Shown here piece after piece: positions 50,405 through 64,000 of a stretch of 64,000 nt of DNA; the first letter of the stretch is position 1, and each line of letters starts with the position of its first letter. The position numbers and the translations under genes are program-made. This DNA comes from Ignavibacteriota bacterium (GTDB taxonomy: Bacteria; Bacteroidota; Ignavibacteria; CAWHAG01): contig CAWHAG010000001.1 in NCBI GenBank assembly GCA_963827285.1, positions 274,682 through 338,681 of the forward strand, read 5' to 3'. The notes beneath the pieces are model-generated. The model was given only the letters and a program-made list of their open reading frames with translations, had not been told where the DNA came from and made no database searches.

Positions 50405-50689
50405 TTGTTAAACCCCCGAAGTTTTTTCTGGAGAGGTCGGCGACTTCCAGAGCTTGTCTCAATCCCTGTCCAGTGTGTGCTGCTTCGACCATAAGACCAG
50501 TAGTAGAGTTCTTCGCAAACAGATTCAGTGGCATTAAACCTCCTATGGAGTTTTGTTATGAGCAAGATGGTTTAACCGTAGATAGCATGGATTCTGCACA
50601 AGAAGTTGGAAATGAGTGGATAGGGAGCTGATTAGTGTTGAAGATTATAACGAAAAAAAACTACTTTGTCAAGAAACCACGGAAGAAAC

Positions 50690-50718
50690 TTGACTTTTTC
50701 TGAGCGAATTAGTATATT
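50690..50718 (+). promoter_or_regulatory. rRNA operon promoter P1 (TTGACT-17-TATATT) with A-rich upstream stretch
   Basis: Sigma70-like hexamers at consensus spacing about 215 nt upstream of 16S. Confidence 0.6.
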
Positions 50719-50750
50719 CTCAATGTCAAGTTGCCAAGAGAAGAAAGTTC

Positions 50751-50779
50751 TTGACTTGAGATGTTTTTTTTTGTATATT
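50751..50779 (+). promoter_or_regulatory. rRNA operon promoter P2 (TTGACT-17-TATATT)
   Basis: Hexamers identical to P1, 61 nt downstream, followed by a T-run. Confidence 0.6.
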
Positions 50780-50930
50780 GAACTCCCATCTTAGATGGGG
50801 ACTTTCTCGTGAGTTCTTTGAAACATAGTGTGCATACCAAGTCAATTTAGCAGAGTTTCACACCTCGTCCTTCCGCCGCAAGTGGAAGGACAAGATTGAA
50901 CTCGAAGTTGTCTTTGAAAGAATACAACGG

Positions 50931-52466
<1,536 letters not shown>

Positions 52467-52566
52467 AGTTCTCTCTCGACGGTGTCGAGGGTAAACATCC
52501 TTTCCTGCTAAATCTGATTTTACTATGCACACTATTTTATTGAAGTCAGCTTGGCTACACTCACAA

Positions 52567-52640
<74 letters not shown>

Positions 52641-52671
52641 CACAGGTGTGTGTTCCCAACCGAGAGACTAC

Positions 52672-52744
52672 GGGGCTATAGCTCAATTGGGAGAGCGCCT
52701 GCCTTGCACGCAGGAGGTTATCGGTTCGATCCCGATTAGCTCCA
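52672..52744 (+). tRNA. tRNA-Ala (anticodon TGC)
   Basis: GGGGCTATAGCTCAATTGGGAGAGCGCCTGCCTTGCACGCAGGAGG...; G3-U70 identity pair present. Confidence 0.9.
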
Positions 52745-52805
52745 CTGGGAGAGCGTGGCGCCGTTAGGCGCCAAGGTAGTCGGTTCAAGCGCGATTAGCT
52801 CCACA
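52745..52805 (+). other. tRNA-Ala-derived fragment (D-loop and 3' acceptor retained, anticodon arm replaced by GGCGCC hairpin)
   Basis: CTGGGAGAGCG...GGTTCAAGCGCGATTAGCTCCAC parallels the tRNA-Ala 3' two-thirds immediately upstream; no 5' acceptor strand. Confidence 0.5.
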
Positions 52806-53186
52806 AAGAGTGATTGGTTAGGGAAGCAATATTTGTCATATCAGATTTGGTTGCGCTGATAGGTGTTATCATTGCGGTGCGGGATACTTACACCTTGCGC
52901 AAGGAGAAAAAAGCAAAAAGGGTTTAGTTTGATATAAGAAATAGGGTAGGCGATTCTCGCTTATCATCCAAAAGTGTTCTTTGACAATTGAGAAGAGTTC
53001 ATCAGCTTCGAGGTAAGTAGTTGTGGCGCATTTGGCGCCATAAATTCTGCCCATGGTGCCACGAACAAACATCTTGAAGTTTGATGACTGCAAAGAAAGA
53101 CCTAGCAGTATTTCCGTAGTATTTGTTGATGCACCGAGTCCGATTCCCAATCGGACCAGACTATCTGTGTATCAATAAAGATTTTT

Positions 53187-56267
<3,081 letters not shown>

Positions 56268-56348
56268 TAATCTTTATTGATATCAGATGGTGGTGCATCA
56301 ACAAATGGTTCGGAAGTAACTCTTCTCGATTGTCTAAACGTTAGAATT

Positions 56349-56466
56349 CCCTGGCGACAATATCACGGGTGTAACACCTCTTCCCATTCCGAACAGAGCA
56401 GTTAAGCCCCGTAGAGCCGATGGTACTGCATGGGCAACTGTGTGGGAGAGTAGGTCGTTGCCAGGG
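56349..56466 (+). rRNA. rrf: 5S ribosomal RNA
   Basis: CCCTGGCGAC...CCGAACAGAGCAGTTAAGCCCCGTAGAGCCGATGGTACTG...GTTGCCAGGG; followed by a T-run. Confidence 0.9.
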
Positions 56467-56515
56467 ATTCTCTTTTTCCACCAACCCACGGAATTCTCAA
56501 AGGAGGGAAGGTCAC

Positions 56516-57094
56516 ATGAAACGTCTCTCTGTGGTTGTTGCCTTCTTAGCGATTCCCCTGCTGTATCCTAACCTGCACGCTCAAGAGAATATCTCTACGA
56601 CGCAGTCAATCTCTCTGCAACCAATCTTCTGGATTGAGAGCGTGCTTCCAAGAGAATGGATAGGGGTTTCAGGTCAGTATGAGTTGGGTGTTGCAGTGGA
56701 TAGGAGCTTAACGTGGAGGATGTTCTGGCTTCGTATGGCACGGATGGCATTCGGGGATTTTACAGGACTCGAAGCAGTTGGCATATCCGCCGAGTATCGT
56801 ATTTATCTAGAGGACGATCTTCAGGGATGGCACCTCGGTCCCTTTGTGGAAGGCTCTCGGTGCGGGTGGCGCGCATACGGTGGAGGTGTCTTTGGCAATT
56901 ACGCCAAGAATGTATTTGATTTTGGCATACAGGCTGGGCACAAGTGGATCTCAAAACACCACGTCTCCTTTGATATTTCTGTGAGAGCAGCATGGTTCAG
57001 TCATTCGGTGGAAAGAGGCTATGCCACATTTCTGCCTAGAGGTGATTTCGAACCGAACGGACACCTGCTCGTGAGCATCGGATACGCTTTCTAG
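56516..57094 (+). CDS. hypothetical small outer-membrane beta-barrel-like protein
   Basis: ATG preceded by AAGGAGGGAAGG RBS; signal peptide MKRLSVVVAFLAIPLL...AQ; ends GYAF; about 192 aa. Confidence 0.6.
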   Translation: MKRLSVVVAFLAIPLLYPNLHAQENISTTQSISLQPIFWIESVLPREWIGVSGQYELGVAVDRSLTWRMFWLRMARMAFGDFTGLEAVGISAEYRIYLEDDLQGWHLGPFVEGSRCGWRAYGGGVFGNYAKNVFDFGIQAGHKWISKHHVSFDISVRAAWFSHSVERGYATFLPRGDFEPNGHLLVSIGYAF

Positions 57095-57875
57095 CTGATC
57101 CGTAGCTGGCAGTCGCGAGTATGTAAATCATATTGCTTAGACTTGACAATCGTGTTCTTACCACGCCGGAAAGGAACAGGATATCACATGCGAAATCCCT
57201 TCATAGAATTCCACCCTTGTCTCTCACCTTCATAGAAGAGAGTCTCCTTGTCGAACTGATCTAGCAGTCGAATCAATCATGAAACATCAAGGTCAAGTTC
57301 CAACCTCGCAGTGATCTCACTTCTCACGCTCGCTCATCTTATCCTCGAGAGTCTCTCCACATCAATCCATCTATTCTCAGAGCAATCAGCCTCATTCCAA
57401 AACTCAGTTTCCAAGAATGAATTCCATTGTGAATGCTGGTGTCATTCCAAGGAGGTCCATCTGCAAATCTTACCAATGACACCGAAATATTTACCTGGGA
57501 AATCTGAACGAAAAAGAATTCGCCAAAGAAATCCAAACGGTGCTTAGTTTTTGCTAAATCCGGGGGATCAGATATCAACTTGAAAGCGAAGAGAAAATGG
57601 TACGATGATTGCATACGATAAATTAGTGGAACTCTCTCTAGTGGTGGACTTCCCATCAAGATTTGTCGGAATCAAAAGGATGAACATTTAGTTCTACGAT
57701 TCAAAGGGAAAGGCCAGTTCGTGGGTCCTCTGAATCAAGTCCCCAGGGTGAGCTTTCGCTTCGCATGACATGATGCACAACACCACTTGAAACCAGTCAT
57801 CTACAGAGCGGCCAAGAACTTCATTGACAAATCGTCTCGGCGTTCTTCCATCCATCAAGGTTGGGACGTGACACA

Positions 57876-60800
57876 ATGCTGAAACAACTCCTTCGTTTCA
57901 TAGCCAGTCTCGAACTCATACTTATCGTTGGCGCGACGCTGAATGCTGGATCTCTGATCCCCCCTCGGCACTTGGGTGAACTGTCAAGTCTAAGCGATGC
58001 AGCACTATTGGGGAGAGCGAGAGCATCTCGCGTTGTGAAACATGGTTCACTTTTGTTCACCCGGACATCTTTCGAGGTGTTGGATGTGATGCGGGGATCT
58101 GTGCGGAAGGGTGATAGCGTTTGTGTTGAGACTCCCGGAGGGGCGGGGGATGGTGTGGCTTGGTTGGTGCTCGGTTCGCCGCGATTCTTGGAGGGGCAAG
58201 TTTATCTCCTATTCCTAAATCGCAAATCCCCTGATGTGTGGCAGCCGCGTATGCTCTCGTATGGATTGCTGCAGCGCGTTAGAGGTCGCGATGGCACAAA
58301 TCTTCTTGTTCCACTTGCTGAGAGAGACGGACTTCAGCCCTTTCCACGTCCAGATGGAGTTGTCCCCGAGCCCGTTGGTATCTACCGAGAGAAGATGCTC
58401 CTCAGCCATCTGACACAAGTCGTGCGAGGAGAAATCCGGTGGAACTCGAAGGCTGTACTAGCACCCAGCGAGGTGATACCTACAGAAGCGTTGCAGGTGT
58501 TGGCTCCACCTTCTCAGTGTGCGTTCATGAATTATGGAGGTCTGAACATAAGGTGGAACGTGTTCGATGGTGGCGGACAGGTCACTGTCAGTGCTAATGC
58601 GACTGGAGACAACTCTCTTCCTGGAGGTGGCTTCGCAGAGGTGCAAGGGGCTGTCTCGGATTGGATGAGCGTTCCTAACACCACCATCAACCTCGGCTAC
58701 GGGGGTGCCATGAGCTACGCCATGACCTGTACCGGAAATCAGGACACGCCCGCCTCTGGTGTCAACATAGTAATGTTCAACGACCCATGCTCGGATATTC
58801 CTGATCTTTCAGGCTGCACTGGGACGCTGGCATTCGGTGGACCATGGTTCGGCGGCACACACACGTTTGATGGCGCTACGTGGTACTCTATTCAGAGCTG
58901 CTTTGTCGTGGTGAACAACGGTGTAGGTTGTCTGGGTAGCGCCAACTACCGGCGAATGATAGCTCACGAGTTGGGCCACGGTTTGGGCTTTGGTCACTTC
59001 AGCGACCCCAATGCTCTCATGTATGCCTACTGCTGCAACTCTATCAGCTCGACGGACATAACGTGTGCACAATACCTTTATCCCGTGGTGCTTTCAGCAC
59101 CTTCACTCTTGTCTCCATCAGATGGTGGGACAGATGTTTCAACGAGCCCGACGTTGAGTTGGAACGCTTCCAGCGGTGCGACTTCGTATCGGTTGCAGGT
59201 TTCGACCAGTTCAGGCTTCGCGACAACAGTGTATGATCAAAGCGGAATTACGGGTACTTCTCAGGCTGTGACAGGTCTTTCAAACAATACGATGTATTAC
59301 TGGCGAGCGAACGCGACTAACGCTGGAGGGACAAGCGCTTGGTCCAGCATCTGGAGTTTCACTACAGCGGGTGGCGTGACTCCGTCACCTCCAGTGCTTG
59401 CCTCCCCCGCAAATGGTGCAACAAGTGTTTCAACGAGTCCGACATTAAGCTGGAACGCCGCGAGTGGCGCGACATCATATCGGTTGCAGGTGTCAACAAA
59501 TTCAAGTTTCTCGTCAACGGTGTTTGATCAAAGTGAAATCACAAGCACTTCTCAGGTGGTGACAGGTCTATCGAACAATACGATGTATTACTGGCGAGTG
59601 AACGCCACTAATACTGCAGGGACAAGTGTCCGGTCTAGTGTATGGAACTTCACAACGATTGCTGGCGTACCGTCAGCACCAACGCTTGCTTCACCTTCCA
59701 ATGGTGCAACAGGAGTATCAACAAGTCCGACCTTGAGTTGGAATGCTTCGAGTGGAGCGACATCCTATCGCCTGCAGGTCTCTACAAGTTTAAGTTTTTC
59801 GACAACAGTGTTTGATCAGAGTGAGACAACTGGAACATCGCGGCTCGTGAGTGGGCTATCGAATAACACCATCTACTACTGGCGAGTGAACGCAACTAAT
59901 GCTGGAGGGACAAGCGGTTGGTCTGGCATGTGGAGTTTCACAACGACGGGTGGGGTCGCTCCCTCAACACCAATGCTTGCCTCGCCGGCAAATGGTGCGA
60001 CTGGAGTCTCAACAAGTCCGGCATTGAGTTGGAACACTTCTAGCGGTGCGGCTTCGTATCGGCTGCAGGTTTCCATGACTTCTGGTTTCGCGACAACAGT
60101 GATAGACTCCGGTGGAATAGTGGGAACGTCAGTCTTGTTGAGCAGTCTTGTCAACAACACTACCTACTTCTGGCGTGTAAATGCGACAAACGCTGGAGGG
60201 ACAAGCGATTGGTCTAGTGTGTGGAATTTCACAACGACTGTGGCAGCTCCCTCGCCGCCAACTCTTGCCTCTCCGTCAAATGGTGCAACTGGAGTCTCAA
60301 CAGGTCCGACATTGAGTTGGAACACTTCTAGCGGTGCGGCTTCGTATCGGCTGCAGGTTTCCATGACTTCTGGTTTCGCGACAACAGTGATAGACTCCGG
60401 TGGAATAGTGGGAACGTCAGTCTTGTTGAGCAGTCTTGTCAACAACACTACCTACTTCTGGCGTGTAAATGCGACAAACGCTGGAGGGACAAGCGATTGG
60501 TCTAGTGTGTGGAATTTCACAACGACTGTGGCAGCTCCCTCGCCGCCAACTCTTGCCTCTCCGTCAAATGGTGCAACTGGAGTCTCAACAGGTCCAACAT
60601 TGACTTGGAACGCTTCCAGCTCTGCAACTTCGTATCGGCTGCAGGTTTCCATCACTCCTGATTTCGTGACGACAGTGATAGACTCTGGTGGAATGGCAGG
60701 AACATCAGTCATGCTGAGTAGTCTTGTCAACAACACCACTTACTACTGGAGAGTGAGTGCAACAAACGTTGGAGGAACAGGCGCCTGGTCAAGCGTCTGG

Positions 60801-62585
60801 AGCCTCACAACCATTGTGGGACCCCCATCACCGCCTCTACTCGTTTCTCCTTCGGACGGCGCGATCGGTGTTTCGACGAGTGAGACGCTAGTCTGGAATG
60901 GCTCAGCGAATGCTGCATCATATCGCCTGCAGGTTTCCATCAATCCAGATTTCTCGGAGATCTCGTTCGATCAAAGCAGCATCGCGAGTACTTCGCAGGT
61001 CGTAACTGGACTTTCAAACAACTCAGCATATTACTGGAAGGTGAATGCGGTGAATGCTGGTGGAACTAGTATCTGGTCAAACGTCTGGTCTTTCACAACC
61101 ATGCTTGCTCCACCAATTCTCGCCTCACCTTCAGATGGTGCGACGGGTGTTTCAACTGATCCAACACTGACCTGGAGCAGATCCAGCGGTGCGACATCGT
61201 GTTGGATACAAATCTCCACCAGCGCAGACTTCTCTTCTCTCATCATCAACCAGAGTGGAATCCCGCTTCCGCTGTACAAGGCGAACAGTCTATCCAGTAA
61301 CACAACGTATCATTGGAGGGTTAATGCAGGAAATGCAGGAAGAACAAGTGTCTGGTCGAGCGTCTGGAGTTTCACGACGGTTGTAGCGGCTCCATCAATC
61401 CCGAGCCTTGCATCTCCATCGAATGGTGCTGCAGGTGTCTCCACAAATCCCACCTTGGATTGGAACGCCTCATCAGGTGCAACATCATATCGGCTGCAAG
61501 TTTCCACCAGTTCTCATTTTGAAACGACGGCCACTGACACGAGCGGGATTCCGGGAACGTCAGTCCGGACCAATGGCTTAGCCAACCATAGGACATACTA
61601 TTGGAGACTGAGCGCGACGAACGTAGGGGGAACGAGTGATTGGTCATCCGTGTGGGATTTTATGACCACCAACAGGGCGCCCAAACTCATTCTCGGTGCT
61701 TACGACACCACGATCAATCAAGGTGAACTTCTAAGCTTCAGCGTTGCAGCGGCAGACTCGGATTACGACCCATTGGCGTTCACGGGGTTCAATCTCCCAC
61801 CAGGAGCTACGCTTGATTCACTCAGTCCCACAAGTCGGGTGTTCGACTGGACACCCACGTACACCCAAGAGGGAGTCTTCAGCAACATCAAGATCGTTGT
61901 CTCCGATGGTGATTCATCAGACAACGCACAGTTTACGATCACTATCAGGAAAGTGAATAGAGCTCCAGCACGGTTCGCTCTTGTATCTCCGACATCAGGA
62001 GATACAGTCGCACTGACGTTTCCATCCAAACCGATTGTCTTTCGTTGGCACAAGTCAATAGATCCGGACGTTTCAGATACAGTCAGGTACTCGCTGCGTG
62101 TAACGGGTTCAGGATTCGATGACATGGTGGCTAATATCAAGGATACGACCGTGTTGCTCGATATCATGTCCCGCCTCAAGAACTCAAGCATTTACTTGTG
62201 GTATGTGGTTGCTACCGACGGACAGCTTGCATCAAACTCGGATTCTGCCACCTTCAGAACATCCTCAAGAGTCACGGGCATGCCTGACAACGTCAAGAAG
62301 ATGCCGACAGAATTTGCGTTACATCAAAATTATCCCAATCCGTTCAATCCATCTACAGAGGTTGTTTTCGCCGTTCCAAACCGGTGTCGTGTGAAGATAG
62401 ACATCTTCAGCGTTCTGGGCAACGTAGTATGTGAAATGACAGATGCAGAGTACCCGGCGGGTGTTTATCGTGTGCGATGGAACGGGCAAAGCACATCAGG
62501 AGCTGCGGTTTCAAGCGGTGTCTATTTCTATCGGATGATAACTGAGACTGGAGTGTTCACTAAAAGAATGGTTTTGCTGCGATGA
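57876..62585 (+). CDS. giant secreted metzincin-like zinc metalloprotease with nine tandem Fn3-like repeats, cadherin/Ig-like domains and T9SS C-terminal sorting domain
   Basis: HELGHGLGFGH (HExxHxxGxxH) followed by ALMY Met-turn; nine units of about 96 aa (SP.NGATGVSTSPTLSWNASSGATSYRLQVS...YYWRVNATNAGGTS.WSS.W.FTT); C-terminal FALHQNYPNPFNPSTEVVF...GVYFYRM CTD. Track ORF starts at a TTG (57861). Confidence 0.8.
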   Translation: MLKQLLRFIASLELILIVGATLNAGSLIPPRHLGELSSLSDAALLGRARASRVVKHGSLLFTRTSFEVLDVMRGSVRKGDSVCVETPGGAGDGVAWLVLGSPRFLEGQVYLLFLNRKSPDVWQPRMLSYGLLQRVRGRDGTNLLVPLAERDGLQPFPRPDGVVPEPVGIYREKMLLSHLTQVVRGEIRWNSKAVLAPSEVIPTEALQVLAPPSQCAFMNYGGLNIRWNVFDGGGQVTVSANATGDNSLPGGGFAEVQGAVSDWMSVPNTTINLGYGGAMSYAMTCTGNQDTPASGVNIVMFNDPCSDIPDLSGCTGTLAFGGPWFGGTHTFDGATWYSIQSCFVVVNNGVGCLGSANYRRMIAHELGHGLGFGHFSDPNALMYAYCCNSISSTDITCAQYLYPVVLSAPSLLSPSDGGTDVSTSPTLSWNASSGATSYRLQVSTSSGFATTVYDQSGITGTSQAVTGLSNNTMYYWRANATNAGGTSAWSSIWSFTTAGGVTPSPPVLASPANGATSVSTSPTLSWNAASGATSYRLQVSTNSSFSSTVFDQSEITSTSQVVTGLSNNTMYYWRVNATNTAGTSVRSSVWNFTTIAGVPSAPTLASPSNGATGVSTSPTLSWNASSGATSYRLQVSTSLSFSTTVFDQSETTGTSRLVSGLSNNTIYYWRVNATNAGGTSGWSGMWSFTTTGGVAPSTPMLASPANGATGVSTSPALSWNTSSGAASYRLQVSMTSGFATTVIDSGGIVGTSVLLSSLVNNTTYFWRVNATNAGGTSDWSSVWNFTTTVAAPSPPTLASPSNGATGVSTGPTLSWNTSSGAASYRLQVSMTSGFATTVIDSGGIVGTSVLLSSLVNNTTYFWRVNATNAGGTSDWSSVWNFTTTVAAPSPPTLASPSNGATGVSTGPTLTWNASSSATSYRLQVSITPDFVTTVIDSGGMAGTSVMLSSLVNNTTYYWRVSATNVGGTGAWSSVWSLTTIVGPPSPPLLVSPSDGAIGVSTSETLVWNGSANAASYRLQVSINPDFSEISFDQSSIASTSQVVTGLSNNSAYYWKVNAVNAGGTSIWSNVWSFTTMLAPPILASPSDGATGVSTDPTLTWSRSSGATSCWIQISTSADFSSLIINQSGIPLPLYKANSLSSNTTYHWRVNAGNAGRTSVWSSVWSFTTVVAAPSIPSLASPSNGAAGVSTNPTLDWNASSGATSYRLQVSTSSHFETTATDTSGIPGTSVRTNGLANHRTYYWRLSATNVGGTSDWSSVWDFMTTNRAPKLILGAYDTTINQGELLSFSVAAADSDYDPLAFTGFNLPPGATLDSLSPTSRVFDWTPTYTQEGVFSNIKIVVSDGDSSDNAQFTITIRKVNRAPARFALVSPTSGDTVALTFPSKPIVFRWHKSIDPDVSDTVRYSLRVTGSGFDDMVANIKDTTVLLDIMSRLKNSSIYLWYVVATDGQLASNSDSATFRTSSRVTGMPDNVKKMPTEFALHQNYPNPFNPSTEVVFAVPNRCRVKIDIFSVLGNVVCEMTDAEYPAGVYRVRWNGQSTSGAAVSSGVYFYRMITETGVFTKRMVLLR
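59110..61670 (+). repeat. intragenic tandem repeat, nine units of about 288 bp (coding Fn3-like modules)
   Basis: Periodic antisense ORFs (59876-60160, 60164-60448, 60452-60739) and near-identical protein units; units 4 and 5 (about 60030-60300 and 60318-60588) look identical over roughly 270 bp by eye. Confidence 0.8.
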
Positions 62586-62668
62586 GACGAGAGTTCTGGT
62601 TGAGAGGGGGAATCTCGAACGTTCCAAGTTCTGTGAGGCAAGGTGCAAGAAGTCAGAGGTGGTGCGAA

Positions 62669-62717
62669 GCGCCATGGCGCCACATCGAAGATGGCGCTGC
62701 AAGCGACAGGCGCTCAC
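62669..62717. repeat. conserved intergenic element, copy 2 (inverted relative to copy 1)
   Basis: GCGCCATGGCGC at 62669-62680 and AGATGGCGCTGCAAGCGACAGGCGCTCAC at 62689-62717; same orientation relative to the upstream gene as copy 1. Confidence 0.6.
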
Positions 62718-63009
62718 AAGAATCCAGAAGCCAGAAGTCAGCGTTGTATCGGGAACAAAGTGGTTCGTTCCCGCCGAGGATTGTGCATTGCATAATTGCT
62801 GAAAATGGTGTGAGACTTCTCAGTGTCGAAGATCGTGTCACTAGAAGAATGTCCTCCCAGTCTTGATATGTTGCTGAACTCATTACGCTTTCCTCTGTAG
62901 TCAGTTGCTCTTCTACTGTTTTCTCCGTATATTTGATCAGCACGAAAGAGGCGTGATTATCCAGCCGTGTTAGTGAATTCCGCCTAGGAACATTCCTCAG
63001 AGGCGTCAT

Positions 63010-64000
63010 ATGAAAACTCCGGTCGCCGTTCTGTTAGCTCTTCTGTTGCTTTATTCAGTTGCAGTTGGTCAATACTGTAATCTCTCCAATAATGCTGGAC
63101 AGTCGGTTGAGCCACAACTTGCCGTGGACAAATCGGGCGGTATTCATGTTGTGTGGATGGATAACACCCCTGGCAACCGGGAAATTTTCTACGCACGCGG
63201 TTCCGGGGTAGGATGGAGTTCGTCATACAACATTTCGGCAACACCCACCGATTCAAAACATCCGCGAATGGTTGTAGACTCGCTTGGCTGGGTTGATGTA
63301 GTCTGGGAAGAACATCTTCCGTCCAAGGTTGATATCATCCACGCCAGATTTAACATCCTTGCTAATACTCCTATCAAGAAAGATACACTTACTGCGTCAC
63401 TTGATAGCTCGTCCTACAGTCCCGACATCGCATTCGTCCTGAACAAACCATCAGTTTGTTGGATTTCTAAGGATGGAAATCTGGGCAAACTATACTGGTC
63501 GTACTTTGAGCCTATGCAACAGGTTTGGTTTGCCAGGGCACTGGATGATTCCGTTGACATCAGCCTTTGTCGCATCACTTCGGGGAATTATGGCTCGGTC
63601 ATTTATCTGAAGATGAAAAAGAACTGGGATGGTCTATGTTACGTGTTTGGCATTTATACTCGCTGTCCGGAGTTCGGAGTGATTGCTGACACTGTGCACG
63701 ATCATTATTACCAGATCTTCAATTCGCGAGCAAACTTCGAAGTGGTGACCGAACCATCTGCAACCCGCTCAGAGAAACTTAATGCGTGTGGGCAGCTCAT
63801 TTCGTCAGACGTGTTGCACCTCATTTTTCATGGACCGCATTTTACGGCGTGCGCATGCGACTATGATATTAGCTACATCAAGCATGATGGGACTGCTTGG
63901 GGAAACTGGAAGGTTCTTGCTCACGACGATCGAGAATTCATTCAGTGGGGAAAAGTAAGCCTCGCTTCGTTGAACAGCAGGTTCATTGTTGCGGCTTATG
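63010..64000 (+). CDS. hypothetical secreted protein, 3'-partial (runs off window)
   Basis: ATG at 63010, signal peptide MKTPVAVLLALLLLYSVAVGQ, open frame to the window end; not in the ORF track, presumably because no stop is reached. Confidence 0.5.
   Translation, partial: MKTPVAVLLALLLLYSVAVGQYCNLSNNAGQSVEPQLAVDKSGGIHVVWMDNTPGNREIFYARGSGVGWSSSYNISATPTDSKHPRMVVDSLGWVDVVWEEHLPSKVDIIHARFNILANTPIKKDTLTASLDSSSYSPDIAFVLNKPSVCWISKDGNLGKLYWSYFEPMQQVWFARALDDSVDISLCRITSGNYGSVIYLKMKKNWDGLCYVFGIYTRCPEFGVIADTVHDHYYQIFNSRANFEVVTEPSATRSEKLNACGQLISSDVLHLIFHGPHFTACACDYDISYIKHDGTAWGNWKVLAHDDREFIQWGKVSLASLNSRFIVAAY

Noticed and set aside
57311-58060. Short ORFs in the 57.1-57.9 kb gap, including 57821-58060 overlapping the metzincin start
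   Set aside because: No recognisable motifs, no RBS context seen; reported only as an unannotated region.
59876-61507. Periodic minus-strand ORFs of about 94 aa (59876-60160, 60164-60448, 60452-60739 and others)
   Set aside because: Antisense artefacts of the 288-bp coding tandem repeats in the metzincin gene; their periodicity mirrors the repeat unit.
59110-61670. Possible CRISPR array because of regular direct repeats
   Set aside because: Repeat unit is about 288 bp, coding, with no unique spacers; it is an intragenic protein-domain repeat.

Overview
This 64-kb window looks like chromosomal DNA from an FCB-group bacterium (Bacteroidota/Ignavibacteriota-like), judged from the 16S sequence and the many C-terminal NYPNPFNP-type type IX secretion (T9SS) sorting domains. 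I could not run any search, so all calls rest on reading the sequence and the ORF track, and hand-indexed coordinates may be off by 1-2 nt. The window holds a conserved housekeeping block (ffh-rpsP-rimM-trmD-rplS, divergent rlmN, adk, cysS, recN, surE, pfk), a complete rRNA operon (16S, tRNA-Ile, tRNA-Ala, 23S, 5S) with twin promoters, and a histidine-degradation formimino branch (hutI, glutamate formimidoyltransferase, cyclodeaminase). There are two cell-wall amidases, a sensor kinase, a PP2C phosphatase and two tandem amino-acid permeases. The accessory content is dominated by secreted proteases and a protease trap: a 1600-aa alpha-2-macroglobulin, an S15 peptidase, two tandem S8 subtilisins, and a 1570-aa metzincin-like protein carrying nine 96-aa tandem repeats. 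I did not find a defence system, CRISPR array or mobile element. The observations I rate most worth follow-up are: a pair of tandem Tyr/Trp-rich lipoproteins upstream of a FadL-like outer-membrane barrel; a conserved element found downstream of both the A2M and the metzincin gene; a 680-bp gene-free structured region after rplS; and four apparent gene disruptions in the first 17 kb (one in-frame stop, three frameshifts) that could be real pseudogenes or assembly indels.
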